DNA of 64,000 nucleotides from Candidatus Acidiferrales bacterium. Its GTDB lineage: Bacteria; Acidobacteriota; Terriglobia; Acidiferrales; UBA7541. The notes beneath the pieces were generated by a model, which saw only the letters and a program-made list of their open reading frames with translations, did no database searches and was not told the origin of the DNA. Both the position numbers and the translations under genes were made by a program. Shown in pieces: positions 55,114 through 64,000 of the stretch. The stretch's first letter is position 1, and each line of letters begins with the position of its first letter. The DNA lies in assembly GCA_035307985.1 (NCBI GenBank), contig DATGHM010000019.1, forward strand, positions 16,076-80,075, read 5' to 3'.

Positions 55114-56310
55114 CTAGTTACGATGGCTCTCTTTCGCCGTTTCGTACAATGGCGAAAGCTCGCGCAGGCGCTTCACCGTCTCGACCACGCGCGCGCTGAC
55201 GTAGTCGACTTCCTCTTCGGTATTGAAACGCCCCAAGCCGAAGCGAATGGAAGAGTGGGCCATGTCGTCGCTCAGGCCGAGAGCCTTCAGGACGTAGCTC
55301 GGCTCGATATTCGCGGAGGTGCACGCCGAACCGCTGGAAACGGCGACATCATTGATGCCCATCGTCAGCGACTCGCCATCCACATGCGCGAAACTCACGT
55401 TCAGGCTTTGTGGCAGGCGGTGAGTCATCGACCCATTGATAAAGACTTCGTCGAGGCCCGACAAGATCCCATTCTTCAGGCGGTCCCGCAGCGCCAGCAA
55501 TTTTTTCGATTCTTCCTGCATTTCTTTTTGGCACAGCTCGCACGCTTTGCCGAGCCCGACAATCCCCGGAACATTGAGAGTCCCCGAACGCATGCCGTGC
55601 TCGTGGCCGCCGCCGTCGATGATGGAAGCGAGCTGCACCCGTGGATTCTTGCGGCGCACGTACAGTGCGCCTACGCCCTTGGGCCCGTACATTTTGTGCC
55701 CGGAGATCGAGAGCAGGTCGATGCCGTCCGCCTGCACGTCGACGGGAATTTTCCCTGCCGCCTGCGCCGCGTCCACGTGAAAAAGAATGCTGAGCTCCTT
55801 CGCGATTTTCCCGATTTCGGCGATGGGCTGAACCGTGCCGATCTCATTGTTCGCGTACATGATCGAGATCAGAATCGTTTTCGGCGTGATCGCTCCGCGC
55901 AGCGAATCGAGATTGACGCGTCCATCCTTCTCCACCGCCAGATACGTCACCTTGAAGCCGGATTTTTCGAGGCGCTTGCAGGTGTCTAGCGTGGCCTTGT
56001 GCTCCGTCACCTGCGTAACGACGTGGTTCCCCTTGTCGCCGTAGATTTCAGCGGCGCCTTTCAGGGCGAGATTCGTCGATTCCGTCGCGCCGCTCGTCAG
56101 GATGATTTCCTTCGGCGAAGCATTGATCAGGCGGGCGATCTGGGCGCGCGCGTTTTCGACAGCCTCTTCGGCCTTCCAGCCGAACTCATGGCTGCGGCTC
56201 GCGGCATTGCCAAATTTCTCGCTGAAATAGGGCAGCATGGATTCAAGCACGCGCGGATCGACGGGCGTCGTCGCGTGATAATCCATGTAGACTGGAAGTT
56301 TGACCGCCAC
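55114..56310 (-). CDS. iscS: cysteine desulfurase
   Basis: 398 aa with [27 protein letters not shown] (PLP Lys) and SSGSACTS (active Cys). Confidence 0.95.
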   Translation of the reverse strand: MAVKLPVYMDYHATTPVDPRVLESMLPYFSEKFGNAASRSHEFGWKAEEAVENARAQIARLINASPKEIILTSGATESTNLALKGAAEIYGDKGNHVVTQVTEHKATLDTCKRLEKSGFKVTYLAVEKDGRVNLDSLRGAITPKTILISIMYANNEIGTVQPIAEIGKIAKELSILFHVDAAQAAGKIPVDVQADGIDLLSISGHKMYGPKGVGALYVRRKNPRVQLASIIDGGGHEHGMRSGTLNVPGIVGLGKACELCQKEMQEESKKLLALRDRLKNGILSGLDEVFINGSMTHRLPQSLNVSFAHVDGESLTMGINDVAVSSGSACTSANIEPSYVLKALGLSDDMAHSSIRFGLGRFNTEEEVDYVSARVVETVKRLRELSPLYETAKESHRN

Positions 56311-56362
56311 TGGCTTTTCCTAACCGGCTGAGATGTCCCGTCCGCGCCGTAACTATACCATT

Positions 56363-57364
56363 TTAGTCGGACCGCAAGGCGTCTGCCAAGTCATCCACAG
56401 GAGATCCCGCGGCGCGCGCAAGTTCGTCGAAATAGGATCGCAATTCGACCGGCGCCGGAGCACGAAATTCGACACGCTTGCCGGTGCGCGGATGCGCGAA
56501 GGCAATCCGGGCCGCGTGCAGGAAGTTGCGTCCGAGCGGCGGCAGCAGGTTCCCGCCGACGCGCTCCTGCCCCGGCGCGCCATAAAGCGTGTCACCCACA
56601 ACGGGAGCGCCCAAAGCCGAGAAGTGAGCGCGAATCTGGTGCGTGCGTCCGGTGTGGAGGTCTGCCTCGACCAGGGTACACGCGTCGAGCCGCAGCCGGA
56701 TTCGCCAATCGGTGCGCGCCGGACGTCCTTCGCGGCGGCGCGTGGTCATTCGCGTTCGACGGCGTAAGTCGCGCGCAATCGGCATGTCGATGCGCCCCGA
56801 TTCGCCCTTCACGCGCCCGTGCAGCAGCGCGATGTAGGTCTTTTCCACCTCCCGGTCGCGAAACGCTTCGACCAGCCTCTTGTGCGCCGGGTCGTTGCGC
56901 GCAATCACCATCGCGCCGGACGTTCCTTTATCCAACCGGTGCACGATTCCGGGTCGCAGCGGTCCGCCCACGGTTGAAAGTCCATCCATTCCGCCAAACC
57001 GGTGGAGCAGGGCGGCGACCAGCGTACCGGCGTCCCTGCCCGCTCCCGGGTGAACGATCATGTTCGCCGGTTTGTTGATCACCGCGATATCTGCGTCCTC
57101 ATAGATCACGTCGAGAGCGATGGGCTCGGCCTCGACGCCCGCCGGCGCAGCGGGCGGAATTTCTACCGTGACGCTCTCGCCGGGCTGAACGCGATAGGAA
57201 GCCTTCGGCGCAATCCCATTCAGGAGCACACGCCCTTCATCGATCAGCGACTGGATTTTCGTGCGGCTCAGCTCGGGAAGCTGCGCGGCGAGAAAGCGGT
57301 CGAGGCGCGCTCCTGCATCTTCCGACGGTACGACGAACCCGCGATTTTCGATCGGAGATTTCAG
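56363..57364 (-). CDS. rluD: RluD-type 23S rRNA pseudouridine synthase (S4 domain + catalytic domain)
   Basis: The track ORF starts at GTG 57229, but an S4 domain (RLDRFLAAQLPELSRTKIQSLIDEGRVLLNG) is encoded in frame upstream. Catalytic HRLDKGTSG. The 5' limit is set at an in-frame CTG; see the finding. Confidence 0.8.
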   Translation of the reverse strand: MKSPIENRGFVVPSEDAGARLDRFLAAQLPELSRTKIQSLIDEGRVLLNGIAPKASYRVQPGESVTVEIPPAAPAGVEAEPIALDVIYEDADIAVINKPANMIVHPGAGRDAGTLVAALLHRFGGMDGLSTVGGPLRPGIVHRLDKGTSGAMVIARNDPAHKRLVEAFRDREVEKTYIALLHGRVKGESGRIDMPIARDLRRRTRMTTRRREGRPARTDWRIRLRLDACTLVEADLHTGRTHQIRAHFSALGAPVVGDTLYGAPGQERVGGNLLPPLGRNFLHAARIAFAHPRTGKRVEFRAPAPVELRSYFDELARAAGSPVDDLADALRSD

Positions 57365-57509
57365 CGTTTCTCTCCCGGCTCACCTTACCATGCCGGGCGA
57401 ACTTGCCGAAAAGACCGCCCGGCCGATCGCTCTCCAACCCAAAAAAAACACTTTGTCATCAGAGTCCTCTGCATAGTAGAGTACTCTAACCGAACAAAAG
57501 GAGACTCAC

Positions 57510-58064
57510 ATGTCGATTCCCCCTCAAGAAGCGGCTCACGCGTTGCGCGACATCGAGCATGCCCAGCGGCACAGCGCCGGGGCTTATCGAGATCAGAAGT
57601 TTTCGCCCCATCTGTTCCTCTGGGGTGCGATCTGGATCGTCGGCTATGCCGGTACCTACATTTGGCCGGGAGCGTCGGCGATCTGGCTCGCGCTGGTCCC
57701 CATCGGCATGATCGGCAGCTTCTGGATGGGTTCGCGCGGCGCTGGCGATCGATCGCGTGCGTTCTCCGGCTGGCAATATGCCGCGACCGCGCTCGCCATC
57801 TTTCTTTTCATTAGCGCGCTGATGGCGATTCTGCCGCCGAAGTCCGGCGCACAGATTGGCGCGTTAATCCCGGTTCTTGTGGCGTTCTTTTACGCGGTCG
57901 TGGGAGTGTGGACGCGCGGCACGCGAATCGCTTTGCTCGGCCTGGCGCTTGGTGTGCTCACGGTCGGCGGGTATTTCTGGCTGCCGCAATATTTTCTGCT
58001 GTGGATGGCGGGCGTAGGCGGCGGCGCGTTGATCCTGGGCGGCTTTTGGCTCAGGAGGGTTTGA
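57510..58064 (+). CDS. hypothetical polytopic membrane protein
   Basis: 184 aa with about 5 hydrophobic helices. GGAG-containing RBS (aaaggagactcacATG). Confidence 0.6.
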   Translation: MSIPPQEAAHALRDIEHAQRHSAGAYRDQKFSPHLFLWGAIWIVGYAGTYIWPGASAIWLALVPIGMIGSFWMGSRGAGDRSRAFSGWQYAATALAIFLFISALMAILPPKSGAQIGALIPVLVAFFYAVVGVWTRGTRIALLGLALGVLTVGGYFWLPQYFLLWMAGVGGGALILGGFWLRRV

Positions 58065-58068
58065 ACGA

Positions 58069-58368
58069 ATGGACCAGCCCGATCCCATCATCCATCAGCC
58101 GGCGCGGCTAAAAATCATGGCCGCGCTGAGGGCGCTGCCTTCGCGCGAGCAGCTCGAATTCGTGCGGCTGAAGGCCATCGTCGGGATGACCGACGGCAAT
58201 CTCGGCGCGCACATCGTCACGATCGAGGAGGCCGGCTATCTCGAAGTCGAAAAAGATTTCGTGGGGAAGAAGCCGCGCACGCGCGTGCGCCTCACAAAAG
58301 CGGGCCGTCGCGCCTTCGAGAACTACGTCGCCTTCCTGCGCGAGATTGTCGGAAACGAGTCGTCCTAG
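58069..58368 (+). CDS. winged-helix transcriptional regulator (HTH_34-like)
   Basis: 99 aa. IHQPARLKIMAAL...FVRLKAIVGMTDGNLGAHIVTIEEAGYLEV. Confidence 0.75.
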   Translation: MDQPDPIIHQPARLKIMAALRALPSREQLEFVRLKAIVGMTDGNLGAHIVTIEEAGYLEVEKDFVGKKPRTRVRLTKAGRRAFENYVAFLREIVGNESS

Positions 58369-58369
58369 A

Positions 58370-59179
58370 TCAAACGGAGGGCACGACCGGCTGAAGGGAC
58401 GACGCGCCGCGCAAGCCGCGATACCACAGGAAGCCGCCCGCCAGAATCAGACCCATGCTGACCACCTGCATCAGCGAAAAAGAATTATGGAACAACATGG
58501 TGCGTCCCGGATCGCCGCGAAACAATTCGATCGTGCCGCGCTCCGCGCCATAAAGCAGAAAATAGGTTCCCAGAAGCTGGCCTTTGAAGCGCTGGCGCCT
58601 GCCCATCCAGACCAAAATCAGGAAATTCACGAACTCCGCTCCCGCTTCGTAGAGCTGCGTCGGATGCAAACGGATGTCAAGCGGCGTGCCTGCGATTTGC
58701 GCGGCCAGCGGATTCGAGAATGTGACGCCCCAGGGAAGCGTCGTCGGTTTGCCGTAACAACATCCCGCTGCGAAGCAACCCAACCGCCCGATGGCGTGGC
58801 CGATGGGAAGCGCTGCGGCAAACGTGTCGAGGACGGAAATGAGCGGCATATCGTAAATGTACGAATAAACGAGGATGACGAGCGCCGCTCCGAGCACCCC
58901 GCCGTAGAAGTCTCCACCGGACTGAATCGTCGCGAGGCTCAGAATCTCGCGCGGGTTCGCCGTGTAGTAGCCCCAATCGCTGAACACGAGCCAGGCTTTC
59001 GCCACGAAGAGGGCCGCCAGGATCGCGTAAATGCCGATGTTCCACACGCGCAGGGGATCGAGCCCCGCACGCCGAGCCTGCCGCCGCGCGCACCACAACC
59101 CGATGACCACGCCGGCCGCGACCAGCACGCCGTAGGTGTAGATCGGGATCGAGCCGAGCTTGAACAGGACGGGAAGCAT
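58370..59179 (-). CDS. lgt: prolipoprotein diacylglyceryl transferase
   Basis: 269 aa with GRLGCFAAGCCYGKP and HPTQLYE. Confidence 0.9.
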   Translation of the reverse strand: MLPVLFKLGSIPIYTYGVLVAAGVVIGLWCARRQARRAGLDPLRVWNIGIYAILAALFVAKAWLVFSDWGYYTANPREILSLATIQSGGDFYGGVLGAALVILVYSYIYDMPLISVLDTFAAALPIGHAIGRLGCFAAGCCYGKPTTLPWGVTFSNPLAAQIAGTPLDIRLHPTQLYEAGAEFVNFLILVWMGRRQRFKGQLLGTYFLLYGAERGTIELFRGDPGRTMLFHNSFSLMQVVSMGLILAGGFLWYRGLRGASSLQPVVPSV

Positions 59180-59241
59180 TCAATTACGCAAGCCGATTCT
59201 TGTCGGGCACGAGTTCATAGATTTTGAAATGTTCATAACTG

Positions 59242-59285
59242 CTTTTGGTTTGTGGCCTCCCGCGACGCGTTGAGAATCTGGAAGC
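59242..59285. repeat. solo partial arm of the dispersed repeat family
   Basis: cttttggtttgtggcctcccgcgacgcgttgagaatctgg resembles the arm starts at 21735, 31925 and 59308. Confidence 0.4.
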
Positions 59286-59307
59286 ACTGTACCAAAAACC
59301 TGAATTT

Positions 59308-59578
59308 CTTTTTGTGTGCAGCCTCCAGTGGCTCTTCGAATCTTGTTTCGCGAATTGGCAAGGGACGGCTTCCTTTCTATCTTTTTTTCTGAAGAATCCT
59401 GTAGTCCCGGTACCTAATTTGAAGCCTGCCTATCGGCAGGCGAGCGCTGGAGGTCGCAAAAAGTCGGTTCGTAGTATCTCTCACTTGGCCAAAACCGGCG
59501 GCGACTAGCAAGGAAACGGGTGCCATGCCAATTCGCAGAGCAATATTCGACGCGCCGCGGGAAGCTGCAAACAAAAAG
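59308..59578. mobile_element. MITE-like element: inverted ~70-nt arms of the dispersed repeat family
   Basis: Left arm ctttttgtgtgcagcctccagtggctcttcgaatcttgtttcgcgaattggcaagggacggcttcctttc. The right arm in reverse is ctttttgtttgcagcttcccgcggcgcgtcgaatattgctctgcgaattggcatggcacccgtttccttg. Confidence 0.55.
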
Positions 59579-59659
59579 CAGTCCCGATCTTCACTCGGAC
59601 GTTATTTCGCGCAGCTCAAATCTAAGCCTAAGCGGCAGAGACGTTTCCTTCTTAACTCG

Positions 59660-60178
59660 CTACGAGGCCCTTTCCTGGCTCGGATGATGCCAGTCGCGGA
59701 ACAATTCGAGGACCACGAGGGCGGCGCCGATCACGATGGCCGAATCCGCCAGGTTGAACGTGTACCAGTGATGGCTGCCAATGTAGAAGTCGATGAAATC
59801 GGTGACGCTGTGCCGCAGAACGCGGTCCAGCACGTTTCCGGCAGCGCCGCCTAGAATCAGCGCCAGCCCGCAACGTCCCAGCGAGCCGCCGGCGCGGTTC
59901 GTCACCAGCAGCCACACTAGCAGGACGATCACCGCCAGCGAGAAAACGATCAGCAGTGGCGCCATCCATGGCGCGGTGGAGTCCGCGCCCAACCCGAATG
60001 CGACACCCGGATTGCTGGTGTGCGTCAGGCTGACGAGTCCAGGAACGATGACGTGCGAGGAATCGAACGCCACCCACCGGTCGACGACGTATTTGCTCGC
60101 CTGGTCGGCCACCAGGGCCGCCGTCGCAATCAGGCCCAGGCGGCGCCATCCGGATGCGGAAAACTGAGACATCAGCAC
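59660..60178 (-). CDS. lspA: signal peptidase II
   Basis: 172 aa with NPGVAFG and FNLADSAIVIG. Confidence 0.9.
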   Translation of the reverse strand: MLMSQFSASGWRRLGLIATAALVADQASKYVVDRWVAFDSSHVIVPGLVSLTHTSNPGVAFGLGADSTAPWMAPLLIVFSLAVIVLLVWLLVTNRAGGSLGRCGLALILGGAAGNVLDRVLRHSVTDFIDFYIGSHHWYTFNLADSAIVIGAALVVLELFRDWHHPSQERAS

Positions 60179-60190
60179 GGAAAAACTCCC

Positions 60191-63022
60191 CTAAATTATA
60201 CCGCCCTCGCGTTCGATCTCGTCCAGGGCGACGGCGCAGCGTTCGCACACCGTTGGATACCTGGTATTTTCCCCGACGTGCACCGAATAGTTCCAGCAGC
60301 GGTCGCATTTTTTCCCGAGCGCCCGCCCAGCCTCCACCTGAAGTGACTCAACTCCGTCTCCGGGAGTGCCGTTTCCGTCCAGGCCCGCGAGCTCAACTTG
60401 CGAGACGATGAACATGGCCGGAAGCTGCGCTGCATACTCCCGCAGGATCGAGGCAAGCTTGCCCGAGGCTCGCAAGGTGACACGCGCTTCGAGATTCGCC
60501 GAGATCGTCTTCGCCGCGCGCAAAGGCTCGAGCGCCTTCAGCACCTCGTTCCGGACGCCAAGCAGCCGTTCCCAGTTTTCCGCGCGCTTTTCATCGAGTG
60601 CCAACTCGAATTCCTGCGCCTCCGGAAACAGGGTTATGTGAACGCTCACCGGGTCGCCCGCAACGCGCGGCAGGAATTTCCACGCTTCTTCCGACGTGAA
60701 CACCACCGCCGGCGCGATCAGCCGGATCAGCGCGTTCGCAATGCGATACACGGCGGTCTGCGCGGAACGCCGCCGCGGATTCTTCGCCGCAAACGTGTAC
60801 AGCCGGTCCTTCAGCACGTCGAAATAGAACGCGCTCAGGTCCACGGTGCAGAAGTCCTCGATCGCGTGATACACGCGATGAAATTCGAAATTGTCGTACC
60901 ACTCGCGACATCGCCGGATCAGCGCGCCGGTGCGCCGCAGCATCCACGCGTCCATTTCCCACAGCTGGGAATCGGGCAGAGAATCCCGCGCAGGATCGAA
61001 ATCGTAGAGATTCGACAGCGCGAAGCGGAACGTGTTGCGAATCTTGCGGTACGCGTCGGCGAGCTGCTTCATCATCGGCTCGGACAGCCGCACGTCGGAC
61101 GTATAGTCCTGCGACGCCACCCACACGCGCAACAGGTCCGCGCCCCACTTCGTCACGATTTCGTTCGGCTCCATCGCGTTGCCCAGCGACTTCGACATCG
61201 GCTGGCCCTTGTCGTCGAGCGTCCAGCCGTGCGTCACCACCTGGCGATACGGCGCGCGCCCCTTGGTGCCTATCGCGACCAGCAACGAGCTGTGGAACCA
61301 GCCGCGATACTGGTCGGGGCCTTCCATATAAACGTCCGCGGGCCGCCACGAGCCGTCCGGGTTGCTCACCGCTGAATTCGTCAGCACGTAGAGATGCGTC
61401 GAGCCCGAATCGAACCACACGTCGAGCACGTCCTCTTCTTTCTTCCACTTCGACGCACCACACGCGCATTGGGCGCTCGATCCCAGCAATTCCTGGGCGG
61501 AATGCGTGAACCACGCGTCGGCGCCCTCGTGCTCGAAGAAGGGAAGTACGTGCCGCAGCGCCTGGAAATCCTTGAGCTGCTCGCCGCACGCCTCGCAGTA
61601 GAAAATGATCAGCGGGACGCCCCAGAACCGCTGCCGCGAGATGCACCAGTCGGGCCGCTCGGCCACCATGTCGTGGATGCGCGCCTCGCCCCATTCCGGC
61701 TTCCATTTCACTTTGGCGATTTCCGTCAGGGCCCTCTTGCGCAAATTGTCGTGATCGAGTTCGATGAACCATTGCTCGGTCGCGCGGAAGATCACGGGAT
61801 TGTGGCAGCGCCAGCAATGCGGATAGCTGTGCGCGAGCTTCTGTTCGCCCACCAGCATGCCGCGCCGCTTCAGCAGATCAATGATGATCGGATTCGCCTC
61901 GAAGACGGTCTTCCCCTTGTATTCGGGCAAGCCTTCCGTGAAGCGGCCGTCGTCATCCTGCGGCGCGTAGGCTTCGAGACCGTATTTCTGACCCGTGTAG
62001 AAGTCTTCCGCGCCGTGCCCCGGAGCGGTGTGCACGATTCCGCTGCCCTGCTCGAGCGTTACGTAGTCCGCGAGTACGCCCGGCACCTCGTAATCCAGAA
62101 ACGGATGCCTGAACTTCGCACCCTCGAACTCGCGGCCTTTCCAGCCGCCGGTCGCGCCGCGAATCTCGATCCCCAGTTCCGAAGCGAGCGCGTTCACGCG
62201 CTCCTTGGCGAGCAGCAGCTTGCCCGCCGCCGTATCCACAACCACGTACTCGAACTCCGGATGAAACGCGAGCGCGCGGTTTGCCGGCAGCGTCCACGGA
62301 GTCGTGGTCCAGATCAGCGCGCTCACGTCCTGGGAGCGCCAATCTCCTGATTGGCGGTGTTCGGCAATTGGGAATTTCACCCACACAGACGGGCTGGTGT
62401 GGTCCTCGTATTCGACTTCCGCTTCCGCCAGCGCCGTGCGGTCGTAGATGCACCAATAGACCGGCTTCAGCCCGCGATACACATATCCCTTCTCGAGGAA
62501 ATCGATGAACGCAGCGGCCGTGCACGCCTCCATACCGAAATCCATCGTGAGGTACGGCCTGTCCCATTGCCCGAAAACGCCCAGCCGCCGGAAGTCGCGC
62601 TTGTGCGCCTCGACGTACCGCAACGCATACTCGCGGCAACGCCGTCGAAATTCCGCCGCCGAAACTTTGGTCGTTTTGCCGCCGAGTTCCTTCTCGACTT
62701 TCGTCTCGATCGGCAACCCGTGGCAATCCCATCCCGGAATGTACGGTGACCGGTATCCCGCCATCGTCTTCGACTTGACGATCATGTCCTTCAGAATCTT
62801 GTTCAGCCCGGTGCCCAGGTGGATTTCGCCGGTCGGATACGGCGGCCCATCGTGCAGGACGAACGGAGGGGAATCCTTCCGCGCCTCCAGGATGCGGTCA
62901 TACAGACGCATCTCTTCCCACGCGGCAAGCTGCTGCGGCTCGCGCTCCGGCAGTTTTGCTTTCATGGGAAATTCGGTGCGCGGCAGGTTCAGAGTGCTTT
63001 TCAGGTCCAGAGTCTTCGTCAT
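60191..63022 (-). CDS. ileS: isoleucine--tRNA ligase
   Basis: 943 aa with HLGT (HIGH-type), KMSKS as PMSKSLGN, and a C-terminal Zn finger CDRCW...CERC. Confidence 0.97.
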   Translation of the reverse strand: MTKTLDLKSTLNLPRTEFPMKAKLPEREPQQLAAWEEMRLYDRILEARKDSPPFVLHDGPPYPTGEIHLGTGLNKILKDMIVKSKTMAGYRSPYIPGWDCHGLPIETKVEKELGGKTTKVSAAEFRRRCREYALRYVEAHKRDFRRLGVFGQWDRPYLTMDFGMEACTAAAFIDFLEKGYVYRGLKPVYWCIYDRTALAEAEVEYEDHTSPSVWVKFPIAEHRQSGDWRSQDVSALIWTTTPWTLPANRALAFHPEFEYVVVDTAAGKLLLAKERVNALASELGIEIRGATGGWKGREFEGAKFRHPFLDYEVPGVLADYVTLEQGSGIVHTAPGHGAEDFYTGQKYGLEAYAPQDDDGRFTEGLPEYKGKTVFEANPIIIDLLKRRGMLVGEQKLAHSYPHCWRCHNPVIFRATEQWFIELDHDNLRKRALTEIAKVKWKPEWGEARIHDMVAERPDWCISRQRFWGVPLIIFYCEACGEQLKDFQALRHVLPFFEHEGADAWFTHSAQELLGSSAQCACGASKWKKEEDVLDVWFDSGSTHLYVLTNSAVSNPDGSWRPADVYMEGPDQYRGWFHSSLLVAIGTKGRAPYRQVVTHGWTLDDKGQPMSKSLGNAMEPNEIVTKWGADLLRVWVASQDYTSDVRLSEPMMKQLADAYRKIRNTFRFALSNLYDFDPARDSLPDSQLWEMDAWMLRRTGALIRRCREWYDNFEFHRVYHAIEDFCTVDLSAFYFDVLKDRLYTFAAKNPRRRSAQTAVYRIANALIRLIAPAVVFTSEEAWKFLPRVAGDPVSVHITLFPEAQEFELALDEKRAENWERLLGVRNEVLKALEPLRAAKTISANLEARVTLRASGKLASILREYAAQLPAMFIVSQVELAGLDGNGTPGDGVESLQVEAGRALGKKCDRCWNYSVHVGENTRYPTVCERCAVALDEIEREGGII

Positions 63023-63187
63023 TTCGGGTACTTCATCCGCCCTTTCTCGGGTTCAGGTTTGCTCGACGAAACTTGAGCTGAAACGGGTTTCAGGGTTTGC
63101 CCCGCAAACCCTGACCAAAGTTGCTCCAGGATTTGCCCCCAAGGCTGTTTCCGCGAGGGAAACTCAAAAACCGGGTCAAGCATCGTA

Positions 63188-63196
63188 TGTTACAAT
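63188..63196 (+). promoter_or_regulatory. possible extended -10 element TGTTACAAT
   Basis: The only sigma70-like -10 I can see in the ileS / TonB-like divergent gap. The -35 is weak. Confidence 0.25.
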
Positions 63197-63270
63197 GATT
63201 CCAGAAACCTGTCAGCGGCGGTCCCGGCGTTTGAGCCCAACGATCGAGCGCAAGGACCGATACATCCTTT

Positions 63271-63295
63271 TTAGACGCCCGGCGTCTAACTTTTG
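63271..63295 (+). terminator. perfect hairpin TTAGACGC-ccg-GCGTCTAA plus CTTTTG (leader terminator/attenuator candidate)
   Basis: 8-bp perfect stem and a short T-run, 29 nt upstream of the ATG at 63324. Confidence 0.3.
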
Positions 63296-63323
63296 GGTGC
63301 TGGCAGAGGCCAGGTAACCAGCT

Positions 63324-64000
63324 ATGTCGAACTCGCCTTCTCGTCTCGATGATGTGGGAACTTCCGACGCCCGGTCGACTCTCAGACTCGGGCGGCTCCC
63401 TGCCCCATCGCGCGAATCGTCTCTAACGAGCCTGATTTCCAATCTCAAGGATTTCCTCACGGAACGTCCCGTGAAGCTGCGTCCCGGCCAGGAGACTGCC
63501 TTTCAGATGCCGACGTTCGGCGACAGCCTCCGCGAGAATTTCTCCGAATTTCTGAAGCCGACGCCGCAGAACGTGCAGTCGGAGTTGCTGGTCGGCTGGA
63601 CCCAGTACAGCTTCTGGCAGAACGTGCGCGACGCGCTCTTCCCCAGGAAGCTTCCTCCTCTGCAGGTGACCAGCAAGCCCGTACCCGTAAAGGACATCTG
63701 GACCAGGGACACGCAGTTCACGCGCGTGCAGGCGCTCTCCGTCACCGTGCACGTCGCCGTGCTCGTTTTGATCATCGTGCCGCTGCTGCCGGAGATCTTT
63801 GCCCCCTCGCCCACCAAGGCCAGCAACCTGGAAGTCACGCAACTCGACAATGTTTCGCCTTACCTGCCCCGCCTGAAACCTGCCGCGAAGAAAGCCGGCG
63901 GCGGTGGCGGTGGCGGCCAGCACATGCAGGTTCCGGCCAGCAAGGGCAAGCTGCCCAAGTTCGATTGGAATCAGATTACTCCGGCCATGGTGAAGGCTCC
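63324..64000 (+). CDS. membrane-anchored protein with TonB-family-like N-terminal organisation, 3' end outside window
   Basis: Own translation gives MSNSPSRLDD...VKDIWTRDTQFTRVQALSVTVHVAVLVLIIVPLLPE...KKAGGGGGGGQH... It is open to the window end, so it is absent from the ORF track. Confidence 0.5.
   Translation, partial: MSNSPSRLDDVGTSDARSTLRLGRLPAPSRESSLTSLISNLKDFLTERPVKLRPGQETAFQMPTFGDSLRENFSEFLKPTPQNVQSELLVGWTQYSFWQNVRDALFPRKLPPLQVTSKPVPVKDIWTRDTQFTRVQALSVTVHVAVLVLIIVPLLPEIFAPSPTKASNLEVTQLDNVSPYLPRLKPAAKKAGGGGGGGQHMQVPASKGKLPKFDWNQITPAMVKA

Overview
About 64 kb of high-GC, gene-dense chromosome. It looks like an Acidobacteriota (Terriglobia-type) soil bacterium, judged from an ADOP-type duplicated FtsX permease, a DinB-fused EgtB next to EgtD, a DUF1080 protein, several Ig-like-repeat lipoproteins and TonB-type proteins. 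I support about 50 protein genes, mostly housekeeping: pckG, ileS-lspA, lgt, rph-rdgB, nth, iscS plus an A-type carrier, three beta-oxidation genes, rluD and an egtBD pair. There is also one tRNA-Glu(UUC), a glycan-modification cluster at the left edge, an ECF sigma/anti-sigma module, an Ig-like/matrixin operon and a type IV minor-pilin operon. I saw no rRNA, CRISPR, transposase or integrase. Most of the long Arg-rich ORFs in the track are antisense shadows of real genes. Main leads: (1) A lower-GC islet at about 8.0-11.9 kb holds one orphan 780-802-aa protein (degenerate Mrr-like N-domain, winged helix, split PIN-like domain, coiled coil). It sits behind a 640-bp AT-rich non-coding block with ordered GTGTATCGA boxes and is followed by a tandem repeat block. 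This is my best candidate for an undescribed single-gene system, but the domain calls are motif-level only. (2) In three places (pckG, the fadB-like gene, the matrixin gene) a diverged copy of the gene's 3' coding end lies downstream. Each copy keeps frame and stop codon and differs mostly by synonymous changes. (3) At least three families of intergenic repeats occur, including MITE-like inverted pairs. (4) A DUF62 SAM hydrolase carries a lipoprotein signal. All function calls come from reading the translations by eye; no database search was possible.
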